Assembly (NCBI GenBank): GCA_963808235.1
Contig: CAWEEQ010000004.1
Span: 160,001 to 224,000, forward strand
Reading direction: 5' to 3'
Origin: an uncultured delta proteobacterium
Lineage (GTDB): Bacteria > Desulfobacterota > Binatia > Binatales > Binataceae
Length of the DNA stretch: 64,000 nt
Shown: positions 1 through 9,973 of the stretch, one piece after another
Numbering within the stretch: the first letter of the stretch is position 1
Layout: every line of letters begins with the position of its first letter
Program-made: the position numbers and the translations under genes
The notes under the pieces: generated by a model
Database searches by the model: none
Told to the model about the DNA's origin: nothing
The model's input: the letters and a program-made list of their open reading frames with translations, nothing else

Positions 1-436
1 GACGCGAAGGCCCGGACATACTCATGTGCTCGGCTATGATTTTGTGCTGCTGGTTCCGGCCTTCATCGATAACGTCAATCCTCCTTACTTGGCGCGGGAA
101 AACGGATTGGGAATTGATATCGACGCAGATTACCATGCGATGATCGCCCACATATGCAAGGCATATACGGCTCGATGGCATCTGTGAGCCGCGCGCCGCG
201 TTTCACACCGCGGTTGTCGCTTAGACGCAGGATGAGTCTCTAGGGGACTCCCGTCTGCCCATTGATGACTGCATCGCCGCGTTGTCAGACAGAAAAAAAT
301 TCGACTGGGCCGCCGTGGTGTTGGAGAACCGCGACCAGGCCCCATAACCCACTAGAAGGGGCGTCGCTTCGCAATCGCGTCAGGGTGGTGATGATCGGCA
401 GGGTGTACTCTGGCGGGCTCCGTAAAAGATCCGGGG

Positions 437-461
437 CCCTTCGGCTTCGCTCAGGGTGACA
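437..461. repeat. REP-like palindromic element (CCCTTCGGCTTCGCTCAGGGTGACA)
   Basis: Intergenic hairpin-forming motif resembling the widespread GTCACCCTGAGCGAAG-type repeats; one copy seen in this window. Confidence 0.5.
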
Positions 462-564
462 CAAAGAGAGGAATGCCGGATCAAAGAGAAGAGCATCGCT
501 GAGATCTCTCCCTTAGTCGGGAAGGTCACGTGCGTTGTTGGGTGTCTTGCTTGAGGCGGCTGCA

Positions 565-622
565 CCCTCACCTACCGGCCGCCGAGCGGCCGGCCTCCTC
601 TCCCGTAAAAAAACTGGCGAGG
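565..622. repeat. REP-like element of CCCTCACC...CTCTCCC...GAGG type
   Basis: Contains internal palindrome CCGGCCGC-CGA-GCGGCCGG; intergenic; resembles a common repeat family. Confidence 0.45.
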
Positions 623-749
623 TAGGAAAAGATCGAGGTCGTCGCGTGGGACGGTTTCTTGTGGAGCGTCGTCAGCGGGAGCACGATGACGGGATCGCTT
701 TCTGGCGGACCGAGAGCAAAATACCGTTCGCGGGATTTTGCGATTGATC

Positions 750-776
750 ACCGGGTGCAGGGGTCACCCCTGCCGC
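750..776. repeat. Short palindromic repeat GGGTGCAGGGGTCACCCCTGCC (copy 1 of 3)
   Basis: Hairpin GCAGGGG-TCA-CCCCTGC; related copies at 5292-5320 (inverted) and 5453-5477. Confidence 0.65.
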
Positions 777-930
777 CCCGCGCGTAGCGGTCTGAATTTG
801 AATCCCTATTGATGATTCGCTTCGCCGGCCTAATCGGCAGAATCCAGCTAAACTTATCCGGGCGCGATTCTTCCAGGTCCGTGGATCATCGGTCTTAGAT
901 TCGCGGGCGGCTGGCTTTTTTCGTCCCAGT

Positions 931-2469
931 TTAGGATTGGAGCTTTGCAGCTTGCTGATCGACAAAGCGAGCGAGCTTGCGGTTCCAGGTTGAGAGGGTT
1001 GGCCATAGTTGTCCGTAGATCTCGGCCAGCTCCGCGTAGGCTGCCTTCTCGTTTGGCCTCGGTTCGAAGGTTCGAACGACAGCGCCGGCCATCGCGGCGG
1101 ATGCCTCGGCAAAACTCCGGAACCAGCCGCATCCCCTGGCGGCTGCGATTGCCGCGCCGAGAGAGGACGCCTCCTTGCTGGTCGAGCGATGGACGGGAAC
1201 GCCAACCGCATCGGCGAGGATCTGCATCCACGGATCCGATGCCGCGCCGCCGCCCACCGCGACATAGTGGTCGATCGTCTGTCCGCTGGCAGTTTGCAGG
1301 CGCCTCGACGCCATCGCCTGCTCGAGCGCCACGCCCTCCAACAGCGCGCGATAGAGATCGCCGCGCCGGGTCGATCCCGACAGGCCGGCGATCACGCCGC
1401 GGGCCGCCGAATCCCAGTAGGGGGTCATGCACCCCTCCCAGTAGGGGACGAGCATGACGCCATTGGCGCCGACCGGCGAGGCACTGGCTTCGGCCTCGAG
1501 AGCGATCAGCGTCTCGAGTTCTCGCTGAGGGTCGATGCCTAGGATCTCGCGCGTCAGCCAGTCGAGCAGGAAGGTGCCGGAGCGCAGGCAGGTCTCGAGG
1601 ATATAACCTCGATCGGCGACCGCCGTCTCGGTTCGGAACGCGGCGTCGAAGGTATAGCGCTCGGAATAGGTTCCCGAGACCACGGCGGTGCCGAGGTTGA
1701 TATAGGCGCGGCCGGGTCGGAGGAAATCGACGCCGGTACCCGCGCACTGTCCGTCGCCACCGGCCGCGAACACCGGCGTGCCGGCCGGAAGGCCGGTCGC
1801 ATCCGCACTGGCTTCGGTAACGGTTCCGATGAACGCGCCGGGTCGCACCAGCGACAGCATCTTGTCGATCGGGACGTTGGCCGCCGCGAGAATTTCCTGC
1901 GACCAGGCCAACTGCTCCATGTCGAGGACGCCCATCGGGTCGGCCGAGGCGGTCGAGGTTGTCCAGCGGCCGGTGAGCCGGAAGCAAAGATAGCCATGGA
2001 CCTCGGCGATATAGGCGGCGCGATCCAACAGATGCGGCTCGTTCTCACGCAGCCAGACCATCCGGTAGAGGCAGGGCGTGATGTCGACCGGCTTGCCGGA
2101 GATGGCGTGGATCTTCTCGGCGCCGAAGCTCGCCCCGAACCGGCGCATCTGGTCGATCGCGCGCTCGTCGAGCCATACGATGGCAGAACGGATCGGCTCG
2201 CCGCGCTCGGCGAAGAGGCCGAAGGTCTCGCGCTGGTTCGAGATCGCCACGCCAGCTATGTGTGCCGACTCGACCTTTGACATGAGCTCACGCAGCGCCA
2301 GAGATGTCGAGCGCCACCAGTCTTCGGAGTTCTGTTCGAAATAGCGCGGGCGAGGCTGGGCGAGCGGGATTGCGGCACGCCCTTCAGCCACCGGCGCGCC
2401 TGTCCGATCCCAGGCGATCGCCTTGGTTGCTGTGGTCGAGGAATCGATTCCGATGACAAGCTCGCGCAT
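931..2469 (-). CDS. FGGY-family carbohydrate kinase (xylulokinase-like)
   Basis: IGIDSSTTATKA N-terminus, SNQRET, GGGDGQCA, NLGT, VGGGA motifs; start set at ATG of MRELVIG. Confidence 0.9.
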   Translation of the reverse strand: MRELVIGIDSSTTATKAIAWDRTGAPVAEGRAAIPLAQPRPRYFEQNSEDWWRSTSLALRELMSKVESAHIAGVAISNQRETFGLFAERGEPIRSAIVWLDERAIDQMRRFGASFGAEKIHAISGKPVDITPCLYRMVWLRENEPHLLDRAAYIAEVHGYLCFRLTGRWTTSTASADPMGVLDMEQLAWSQEILAAANVPIDKMLSLVRPGAFIGTVTEASADATGLPAGTPVFAAGGDGQCAGTGVDFLRPGRAYINLGTAVVSGTYSERYTFDAAFRTETAVADRGYILETCLRSGTFLLDWLTREILGIDPQRELETLIALEAEASASPVGANGVMLVPYWEGCMTPYWDSAARGVIAGLSGSTRRGDLYRALLEGVALEQAMASRRLQTASGQTIDHYVAVGGGAASDPWMQILADAVGVPVHRSTSKEASSLGAAIAAARGCGWFRSFAEASAAMAGAVVRTFEPRPNEKAAYAELAEIYGQLWPTLSTWNRKLARFVDQQAAKLQS

Positions 2470-2582
2470 GCAAGGGCTCAGCAACCGTGGGCACAAAACT
2501 TATGCCAGCCGTATCGGTCACAGCAAGAGCAGGGCCCTGCCGATTCGCTTTTTGCGGTGCTTCGATTAAACATTGCACGCTA

Positions 2583-3818
2583 ATGGATTCGCGAGCTGAC
2601 GATATCGCGGCGGCGCCGGTGCGCGCGATCACTTCGAGTGAAGCGGCGCATACCGTCTTTGCGAGCTTTCTCGGCTGGGCGCTCGACGCTTTCGATTTCT
2701 TCGTGCTTGTTTTCGTGATGCCGGCGGTGGCCGCGGAGTTCCATCGCCCGGTCTCGCATATCGCATTCACGATCACCGCGACGCTGGCGCTGCGGCCGGT
2801 CGGTGCGCTGGTCTTCGGATGGGTCGCGGATCGCTATGGCCGGCGAGTCCCGCTGATGGTCGACGTGATCTTTTATTCCGCGGTCGAAGTGATGAGCGGG
2901 CTCGCGCCGAGCTACCGATGGTTCCTGTTCATGCGCGCGCTGTACGGAATCGGGATGGGCGGGGAGTGGGGCGTCGGCGCCTCGCTCGCGATGGAGGCGG
3001 TCACGCCGCGATGGCGCGGATTTTTCTCCGGGCTGCTCCAGGAAGGTTACGCGGTCGGATACCTGCTCGCGGCGGGCGCGTTCTTTTTTGTCTTTCCGCA
3101 CTACGGATGGCGCGCGATGTTTTTTATCGGCGGCGCGCCCGCGCTGCTGACGCTCTATATCCGCGCCAAGGTGCCGGAGTCCGAGGCGTGGGAGCGCACC
3201 CGTCCGGACATGGCGCGGATTCGCCGCGCGATTCGCGGGAACCTGAAATTATTTCTCTATCTGTGCGTTCTGATGACCGCGATGAATTTCGTCTCGCACG
3301 GCACGCAGGACATGTATCCAACGTTCCTGGAAAAGCAGCGCGGGCTCGATACGCGGACCGTCGCGACGATCGCGCTCATCTATAATGTCGGCGCGCTGCT
3401 CGGCGGCCTGACCTTCGGGATGCTGTCGGATCGAATCGGGCGGCGTCGCGCGATGGCGATCGCGGTGATCTGCGCGGGACTTGTCATCCCGCTGTGGATC
3501 TATCCGAGCACACTGGTCGTGCTGACGATCGGCGCATTCGTGATGCAGTTCATGGTGCAGGGTGCATGGGGCGTAATCCCGGCGCATCTGACGGAACTGT
3601 CACCGCCGGAAGTGCGCGGACTGTTCTCGGGCCTCGCATACCAGATCGGAGTGCTGCTCGCGTCGGGCGCGGCGGTGAGCCAGGCGATCCTCGCGGAGAA
3701 ATATGGCTACGCAGCAACGCTCGCGGGGGTAGCGGCGATCGTGATGGTCTCGGCGACGGTCGTCATCATGCTCGGACGCGAGCGCATGGGTCGCGACCTG
3801 CACTCCAGCGCTGCGTGA
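2583..3818 (+). CDS. MFS transporter, sialate/carboxylate:H+ symporter (SHS/Jen1-like)
   Basis: LGWALDAFDFF, ADRYGRR, GIGMGGEW, SHGTQDMYPTFL, QGAWGVIPAHLTE motifs; many hydrophobic helices. Confidence 0.9.
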   Translation: MDSRADDIAAAPVRAITSSEAAHTVFASFLGWALDAFDFFVLVFVMPAVAAEFHRPVSHIAFTITATLALRPVGALVFGWVADRYGRRVPLMVDVIFYSAVEVMSGLAPSYRWFLFMRALYGIGMGGEWGVGASLAMEAVTPRWRGFFSGLLQEGYAVGYLLAAGAFFFVFPHYGWRAMFFIGGAPALLTLYIRAKVPESEAWERTRPDMARIRRAIRGNLKLFLYLCVLMTAMNFVSHGTQDMYPTFLEKQRGLDTRTVATIALIYNVGALLGGLTFGMLSDRIGRRRAMAIAVICAGLVIPLWIYPSTLVVLTIGAFVMQFMVQGAWGVIPAHLTELSPPEVRGLFSGLAYQIGVLLASGAAVSQAILAEKYGYAATLAGVAAIVMVSATVVIMLGRERMGRDLHSSAA

Positions 3819-3826
3819 ACTTTGAT

Positions 3827-5180
3827 CTATCCCGCGAGGCGCTCCGAACTGACTTCCTCGAAGAGCCGCGGTAGATGCCTCCGCACTTGCGCTGTCATCT
3901 CTTCGTCGGAGATTGAGGTGGTGCGGCCGGCGTCATACTGCGCGTCGACCCATTTTGCGATCTCGGCTACTTCCGGCGAGCGTTTTTCTACCTGGCGATT
4001 GCGCGGCAGACTGAAGTACGCGTTGATCCACCATGCGATTCCCGCCAAGCCGGAAGTTTTGTCGACTGCTACGCGCGGCGGGCGGCGCAGAATCTTTGCG
4101 GTGTCGAAGACGTTGTAGATTTCCTCGTCCTTGAGCAGGCCGTCGGCGTGGATGCCGGCGCGGGTCACGTTGAAGTCGCGGCCGACCAATGGATAGTTGG
4201 CGGGAATCCGGTAGCCGATCTCGCGCTCGAAGTACTCCGCGATCTCGGTGATCACCGACAAATCCATCCCGTTCGTCGAGCCCTTCAGCGCCACGTAGTC
4301 CATAACCAACCCCTCCAGCGGAGGATTTCCCGGTCCGCTCTCCGTAGCCGAGAATCGTGCCGTTCGCGTACATGCATCCGTAGAGCCACGCCGCAGTCGC
4401 GTTGGCGAGCACTTTGTGAAAATCGTTATGCCCGTGCCATTCCAGTTGTTCCGGAGGCACGCCGCATTCCTTGCGCAGCCCCTGAATCAGCTTCGGCACG
4501 CTGCGCGGCAACGCGACGCCCGGGTACGGCACTCCGAATCCTAGCGTATCGCATACGCGAATCTTGACCGGAATTTTGCTCTGCGCGCTTAGTTCCATCA
4601 GCTGCGATACGAACGGCACCACGAAGCCGTAAAAGTCGGCGCGCGTCGCGTCTTCGAGATGGCATCGGATGCGCAAGCCCGCATCGAGGGCCGCATTGAC
4701 GATCGCCAGATAATCGTCCATCGCCTGTCGCCGCGTTTTCCCGAGCTTCAGAAAAATATGGTAGTCGGAGCACGAAGTCAGGATTCCCGTCTCCCGCAAC
4801 CCCATCTCCTGCACAAGTTTGAAATCCGACTTGACCGCGCGAATCCATCCGGTGACTTCGGGAAACTCGTACCCGCGCGCGACGCATCGATTGACCGCCT
4901 CGCGATCCACCTTCGAATAGACGAAGAATTCCGTCTGCCGAATGATTCCGTTGGGACCGCCGAGCCGATGCAACAAGTCGTACATCGCGACGATCTGCTC
5001 GACCGTGTACGGCGGACGCGCCTGCTGCCCGTCGCGAAAGGTCGTATCGGTGATGAAGAAGTCGGGGGCGGGATCGAGCGGCTCGATAACGCCATCGAAG
5101 ACGATTCGCGGCACCGCGTCGTAGGGGAAGATCTCGCGAAGCAGATTGGGCTCCGTCACGTCGACAAGTTCGTGTTTCAT
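3827..5180 (-). CDS. Re-citrate synthase-like / LeuA-family (DRE-TIM) enzyme, frameshifted near 4326-4331
   Basis: ITDTTFRDGQQA, EWHGHNDF, GYGERTG in ORF 3933-5180; C-terminus (TRAGIHADGLLKDEEIY) in ORF 3827-4309; removing one base restores GERTGNPPLEG. Confidence 0.8.
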
Positions 5181-5291
5181 GGGTCAGGTCCTCGCTTCCG
5201 ATCTAGGCTTCGAATCAACATGTGTCAAGCTGTACGGTACCTTACTTATGATGAATTTTGATCGCCTGCGCGGCGGGCGCACCTGCGCAGT

Positions 5292-5477
5292 GGGCGCAAG
5301 GGGTGACCCCTTGATCCAGTGGCCGGAAAAATAAAGACGAAATGGCGCGGACGCCATTTCGAAAAAGTGGGTAAGGGAGGAGAAGAAGTGCGAGACCTGT
5401 TTCCGACCTAACTAGTTCTAACAGGCGCATAGCGCCGCATCTTTCTTTTAATACTGGGTGCAGGGGTCACCCTGCCC
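5292..5477. repeat. Structured intergenic element bounded by inverted copies of the GGGTGCAGGGGTCACCC repeat
   Basis: 5292-5320 is the imperfect reverse complement of 5453-5477; internal hairpin GAAATGGCG-CGGA-CGCCATTTC at 5339-5360. Confidence 0.55.
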
Positions 5478-5661
5478 AAGGAAGCGTGAAACCCACGGCG
5501 GGTTTCACATTCAATAAAGTGATTTACCCTTCCCCCATCGCGGGACTTTCGATGCGTATCAATCGCCAGTCCGCTGCCTCGTCCAGGCAGTCGCCAAACA
5601 CGCCGGCGTAGTTGCACGTCAACTGAAAAAAGCGCTAAACGAACGGTATGGAGGTGAAGCG

Positions 5662-6774
5662 ATGAAATTTGGCCTCTTCTATGAAATCTCGGTACCGCGA
5701 CCATGGGGGCGCGAAACCGAAAAAAATGTTTACGACAACTGCCTCGAGCAGGTCGCACTGGCCGATTCGCTCGGCTTCGATTCGGTGTGGGCCGTCGAGC
5801 ATCATTTTCTCGAAGAGTATTCGCATTGCCCCGCTCCCGAGTTGTTCCTGACCGCATGCGCGATGAAGACGAAAAAAATGCGCGTCGGCCACGGGATCGT
5901 GGTGTGCGTGCCCGAGTTTAATCATCCGATAAAAATTGCCGAGCGCACCGCCGTGCTCGATATTCTTTCGGGCGGGCGCCTCGACGTCGGTACTGGAAGG
6001 TCCGCGACGTGGACTGAGCTCGGCGGATTCCGCGCGAGTCCCGACGAAACCAAAAAGACCTGGGACGAATTCGTACACTGCCTGCCGAAGATGTGGACGC
6101 AGGAGCGCTTTTCCTACAATGGACGCTCGTGGTCGATGCCGCAGCGCACGATAGTTCCCAAGCCGTATCAGAAACCGCATCCGCCGCTGTGGGTCGCGGT
6201 CACCAGCCCCGGCACCGAGATTGATGCGGCCGAGCGCGGGATGGGCAGTCTCGGACTGACCTTCGGCGGATTCGCGGAGCAGGACGAGAAGGTCAAGCGC
6301 TATCGTAAAATAATTCGCAACTGCACTCCGGTCGGCGAGTTTATTCACGAGTCGGTATCGACGGTGAATTTTCTCTACTGTCATGAAGACGACGCCGAGG
6401 GCGTGAAGGTCGGGCGGCGGCTGACTGGGACGTTCAATTATCTCGCCGCGCAACTGCTCGCAGCGCGCGAGGCGTATCCGAGCAAATCGTATCCGTCGCT
6501 CGGACTGCTGCCGTCGTTGCGCCAGGAGGCGTCGGGCCCCGGCGATGCGTCGGGCGCTCCCGAAGGTATCGCGATCGGAAATCCCGCGCGCTTGGTCCGC
6601 GAACTCAAGAAGTGGGAGGCGGTTGGCGTCGATCGGGTTAACTTTTTGCTGAACGCGCTCGAGACGGTGCCGCAGGAAAAAGTTCTCGCGAGTCTGCGCC
6701 TGTTCGCAAAAGAAGTGATGCCTCAGTTTGAGGGCGCGAGCACTACCGCTTCCGCCGCCGCAGGAGGCCGCTGA
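5662..6774 (+). CDS. LLM-class flavin-dependent oxidoreductase (luciferase-like)
   Basis: MKFGLFYE, LGFDSVWAVEHHF, HPIKIAERTAVLDILSGGRLDVGTGR, PKPYQKPHPP; GGAGG RBS. Confidence 0.93.
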   Translation: MKFGLFYEISVPRPWGRETEKNVYDNCLEQVALADSLGFDSVWAVEHHFLEEYSHCPAPELFLTACAMKTKKMRVGHGIVVCVPEFNHPIKIAERTAVLDILSGGRLDVGTGRSATWTELGGFRASPDETKKTWDEFVHCLPKMWTQERFSYNGRSWSMPQRTIVPKPYQKPHPPLWVAVTSPGTEIDAAERGMGSLGLTFGGFAEQDEKVKRYRKIIRNCTPVGEFIHESVSTVNFLYCHEDDAEGVKVGRRLTGTFNYLAAQLLAAREAYPSKSYPSLGLLPSLRQEASGPGDASGAPEGIAIGNPARLVRELKKWEAVGVDRVNFLLNALETVPQEKVLASLRLFAKEVMPQFEGASTTASAAAGGR

Positions 6775-7526
6775 TGCCGCGATTTGGAACTTTAGATCTC
6801 TCCGCGTGGAACAAATCGGCGCCGAACCTCAACGGCTACAAGACCGAGCCGCTGGTTCTGAAGGGCGCGCAGATTCTCAGTATCAACATGGAGATCGACG
6901 ACGATCCCGCCGACGCGCTGATCCCGCGGACGATGCATCCGTCGATACCGGAGTACGCGATCTTCAACGTCACCAACTATCCCGAGAGTCCGTTCGGTGC
7001 GTTCGCGATTGCCGAGGTCCGCGTGTCCGGACGCACCGGCGTGCGCCCGCGCGGATTCGTGTTGCGCAGTTACTGCAACAATGAAGATGCGTGCCGCGAG
7101 CTGGCGTCGAGGTGGGGCTATCCGACCGCGCAAGCGGAAGTGAAGCTCGATATCCGACACGATCGAGTAGTCGGGCGGGTCACGGCGGGCGGACGTCCGG
7201 TGCTGGAGTGCGAGCTGGTCGATCGCGACGTGATCGCCGGCGGCGATATCCAGTACATCGCGAGCATGCACATGGCGCGCAACAAGGAAGACGGCAAGCT
7301 GGTGCTGATCCAGGTCGATCCAGATTTCACGTTTTCGAAAGCCGAGCGCGGCAAGCCGCATATCGTATTGCTCGACAACGACGCATTCGGCGCGGGCAAC
7401 AATCTCCGCCTTGGCAATCCGATCTCGGCGACCTTCACTACGGCCGAGGTGACGCTGCCGAAGATTCGCTACGTCTGCAATCCGGAACTGCCCGCGATGC
7501 AGGGGACGACCAAGGTCGCCGCCTGA
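6774..7526 (+). CDS. Acetoacetate decarboxylase-fold protein
   Basis: YPESPFGAFAIAEV and RELASRWGYP motifs; TGATG-coupled to the LLM gene. Confidence 0.7.
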   Translation: MPRFGTLDLSAWNKSAPNLNGYKTEPLVLKGAQILSINMEIDDDPADALIPRTMHPSIPEYAIFNVTNYPESPFGAFAIAEVRVSGRTGVRPRGFVLRSYCNNEDACRELASRWGYPTAQAEVKLDIRHDRVVGRVTAGGRPVLECELVDRDVIAGGDIQYIASMHMARNKEDGKLVLIQVDPDFTFSKAERGKPHIVLLDNDAFGAGNNLRLGNPISATFTTAEVTLPKIRYVCNPELPAMQGTTKVAA

Positions 7527-7548
7527 TTTTCGCAGAGCGATAGTCATG

Positions 7549-7583
7549 AGGCCGCGACGCCAACGTGCCGCGGCCTTTTCTTT
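7549..7583 (+). terminator. Putative intrinsic terminator
   Basis: AGGCCGCG...CGCGGCCT stem followed by TTTCTTT. Confidence 0.5.
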
Positions 7584-7601
7584 GGCGCTGAGGTCGCATC
7601 C

Positions 7602-8486
7602 ATGGCCGAGCCGTGGCGCTTTGAAAATCTCACCCTGAAGAGCGGACTCCATATGCGTGTCGCGCGCGCTGGAGCGGGACCGCTGGTCATCATGATGCAT
7701 GGGTTTCCGGAATGCTGGTACTCGTGGCGTCATCAGATGCGCGCGCTCTCCGACAGTTTCGCTTGCGTCGCGCTGGAGATGCGCGGTTACGGCGAGACCG
7801 ACGCGCCGGTGGGCGTCAAGAACTACAGGTTCGACAAGCTGGTCGGCGACGTTGCCGACGTGATCGAGGCGCTGGGGCATCGTCGCGCGATCGTCGTCGG
7901 GCATGACTGGGGCGGTGCTGTCGCATGGGCGACGGCGATGATGCGTCCCGAGGTCGTCGAGCGGCTGATCGTCATGAACTGTCCGCATCCGGAGCGGATA
8001 AGCCATGCGCTGCGCCATAATCCGCGCCAGATGCTTCGCAGCTGGTACATGCTGTTTTTTCAGATTCCGCGGCTCCCCGAGTGGATATTTCGCCGCCGCA
8101 ACTACGAGGTGATGGTGCGCGCGCTGCGCGACGGCACGATCCAGAAAAACGTCTTCAGCGAAAATGATCTCGAGTACTTTCGCGCCGCGTTCCGCAATCC
8201 CTACTCGATTACCGCCGCGATCAACTACTATCGCGCCAACCTACGCTCGGGGTTCATGGCGCGGCCTGGTAGCGGCAACTGGATCGATCGAAAAATTTCC
8301 GCGCCGACTTTGCTGATCTGGGGCGAGCAGGATTTCGCGCTCGGCAAGGAACTGACTTACGATATGCAGGGACTTTTCAGCGGCCCTTTCGAGATCAAAT
8401 ACATCGCGGATTCCGGGCATTGGGTGCAGCAGGAAAAGCCGGAGCTGGTAAATCAGTACGTCCGCGAGTTCCTGGCGTCCGGCTAG
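7602..8486 (+). CDS. Alpha/beta hydrolase, epoxide hydrolase-like
   Basis: HGFPECWYSWRHQ, GHDWGG (Asp nucleophile), SWYMLFFQ, GHWVQQE. Confidence 0.9.
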   Translation: MAEPWRFENLTLKSGLHMRVARAGAGPLVIMMHGFPECWYSWRHQMRALSDSFACVALEMRGYGETDAPVGVKNYRFDKLVGDVADVIEALGHRRAIVVGHDWGGAVAWATAMMRPEVVERLIVMNCPHPERISHALRHNPRQMLRSWYMLFFQIPRLPEWIFRRRNYEVMVRALRDGTIQKNVFSENDLEYFRAAFRNPYSITAAINYYRANLRSGFMARPGSGNWIDRKISAPTLLIWGEQDFALGKELTYDMQGLFSGPFEIKYIADSGHWVQQEKPELVNQYVREFLASG

Positions 8487-8499
8487 CCTTCGCGAGTAT

Positions 8500-9768
8500 T
8501 CACTTCGCGCCGGATTTGATCTCCGACGACATCAGCATCACTTCGTACGGATTCCACGTCGAGAGAAGATAGTAGACCGTCGTCCCGCCCGGGATCCGCG
8601 CGGCGTATCGCGGGATCAGATACGGCGCGTACCATCCGCCCCACTCGGAGATCCGATTGGGGTCGCTGACGTTGTCGCAGTAAGGCTCTGAGTCGAGCGG
8701 TCCGCGATGGATAAAATAGCAGTAGCCGTGATCGTTCCACGGCTGAAATATGATCTGCCCCGCGGTCCATGGCCCCCATGGATGCTCCGCGAGACGCATC
8801 ACGATTCCACCTTGCGGGTCGCAGTTGTAGAGCATCAGCCATCGCTTGATGTGCGGATTCCACTTCACCGAGAACTCACCCATGCACGCGGGCGAGTCGT
8901 TGAACATCGCAACCGCATCGCTCTCGTTGGTGCTGAAGCGCGGCTTGCTTGCGCTGTCGCCGGCAAAGTACTCGACACTGCCAGGCGATCCGATCGTCGA
9001 TAGCGGCTTTATCGCAAGATACGGATTGCTGTTGCGATAACCTGCGCCTCCCGCCGTTCCCCAAATCAACAGCGCGCCCGCCGCGGAGCGGTCGATTGAC
9101 TTGTCACCGAAAATCTTCGCGTCGAGCGATCGGAACGTCGCCGTGTCGAGCGAGATGTTCACGAACGGGCCGTGCGAAAAATCGTACAGGTAGTTGTAAT
9201 CGGCGCCGCTGCCGCTTGAGACCGTGAGCACCGAGCGCGTGCTGAAATGCGCGCCGTCGTAGCCGGTAGCGAAGAACACGTACATCTGGCCGTTCTGTTC
9301 GATTCCGCTGACCGGAACCTCGAAGTTGCCGAGCGTGACCGGCGCGCCGCTCGAATGGATCACCGGGCTCGCGTATGCACCGCTCGCCGCGGTGACGAAT
9401 TGCAGATGCGGACACTCGGCGGGATTGGTCGAGCTCGAATGCGCGATCGAGTCGTTGTAGTCAGGGTCGCGCCAGCCGAGGTTGTCGGCGCCGTGGAAGG
9501 TCGCGTCGGCGACCGAATCGCCGAACAGGAACCACAGGTCTCCGTTGAACTCGAACGGCGTGCCGAGATCGGCGCCGAATAGTCCGAAGTTCGTCTCGGT
9601 GCGATTGACCGTCGGCATGCCGAGCTGGCGATCGTTTTCGCCGAGCACCTGGCATACTTTCTTCGTCGATCCGGATACGACGTGGAATTGTTCCGCCGCC
9701 ACCGCCGACGGGACTATCGCCGCGATTAGTATCGCGAAGCAAAACAGCCGATGTCGAAATAGATTCAA
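8500..9768 (-). CDS. Secreted DUF4185-like protein (possible glycoside hydrolase)
   Basis: Signal peptide; GADLG, WFLFGDS, GEFSVKWNPHIKRWLMLY, PWGPW, YAPY, STWNPYEV motifs; start uncertain (TTG 9768 chosen, ORF open to 9873). Confidence 0.7.
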   Translation of the reverse strand: MNLFRHRLFCFAILIAAIVPSAVAAEQFHVVSGSTKKVCQVLGENDRQLGMPTVNRTETNFGLFGADLGTPFEFNGDLWFLFGDSVADATFHGADNLGWRDPDYNDSIAHSSSTNPAECPHLQFVTAASGAYASPVIHSSGAPVTLGNFEVPVSGIEQNGQMYVFFATGYDGAHFSTRSVLTVSSGSGADYNYLYDFSHGPFVNISLDTATFRSLDAKIFGDKSIDRSAAGALLIWGTAGGAGYRNSNPYLAIKPLSTIGSPGSVEYFAGDSASKPRFSTNESDAVAMFNDSPACMGEFSVKWNPHIKRWLMLYNCDPQGGIVMRLAEHPWGPWTAGQIIFQPWNDHGYCYFIHRGPLDSEPYCDNVSDPNRISEWGGWYAPYLIPRYAARIPGGTTVYYLLSTWNPYEVMLMSSEIKSGAK

Positions 9769-9973
9769 CGGCGCGAGATTATCATATGCGATTCTGTCTT
9801 TCCCCGGCCGGAAGTCAGAAACCGCAGAAAGTTCGTGAATCGCCCTGCTGGTTTTGGCGCCAGTGGAGTTCAACCTTTACACATATTGGCGTCGCGCCTA
9901 TTTTTATTTTAGGATCGAAGGGACGCCCGTATGGAATTTCGGGCCCGGTTAATTCAGGAGGGACGCTGCTTTT

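Noticed and set aside
1-345. Gene start at the left edge on the minus strand
   Set aside because: An AAGGAGG and open frames exist, but there is too little sequence to support a call
4320-4335. Programmed ribosomal frameshift at GGGAAA
   Set aside because: The required shift is +1, not the -1 typical of such slippery sites, and similar indels recur in the window
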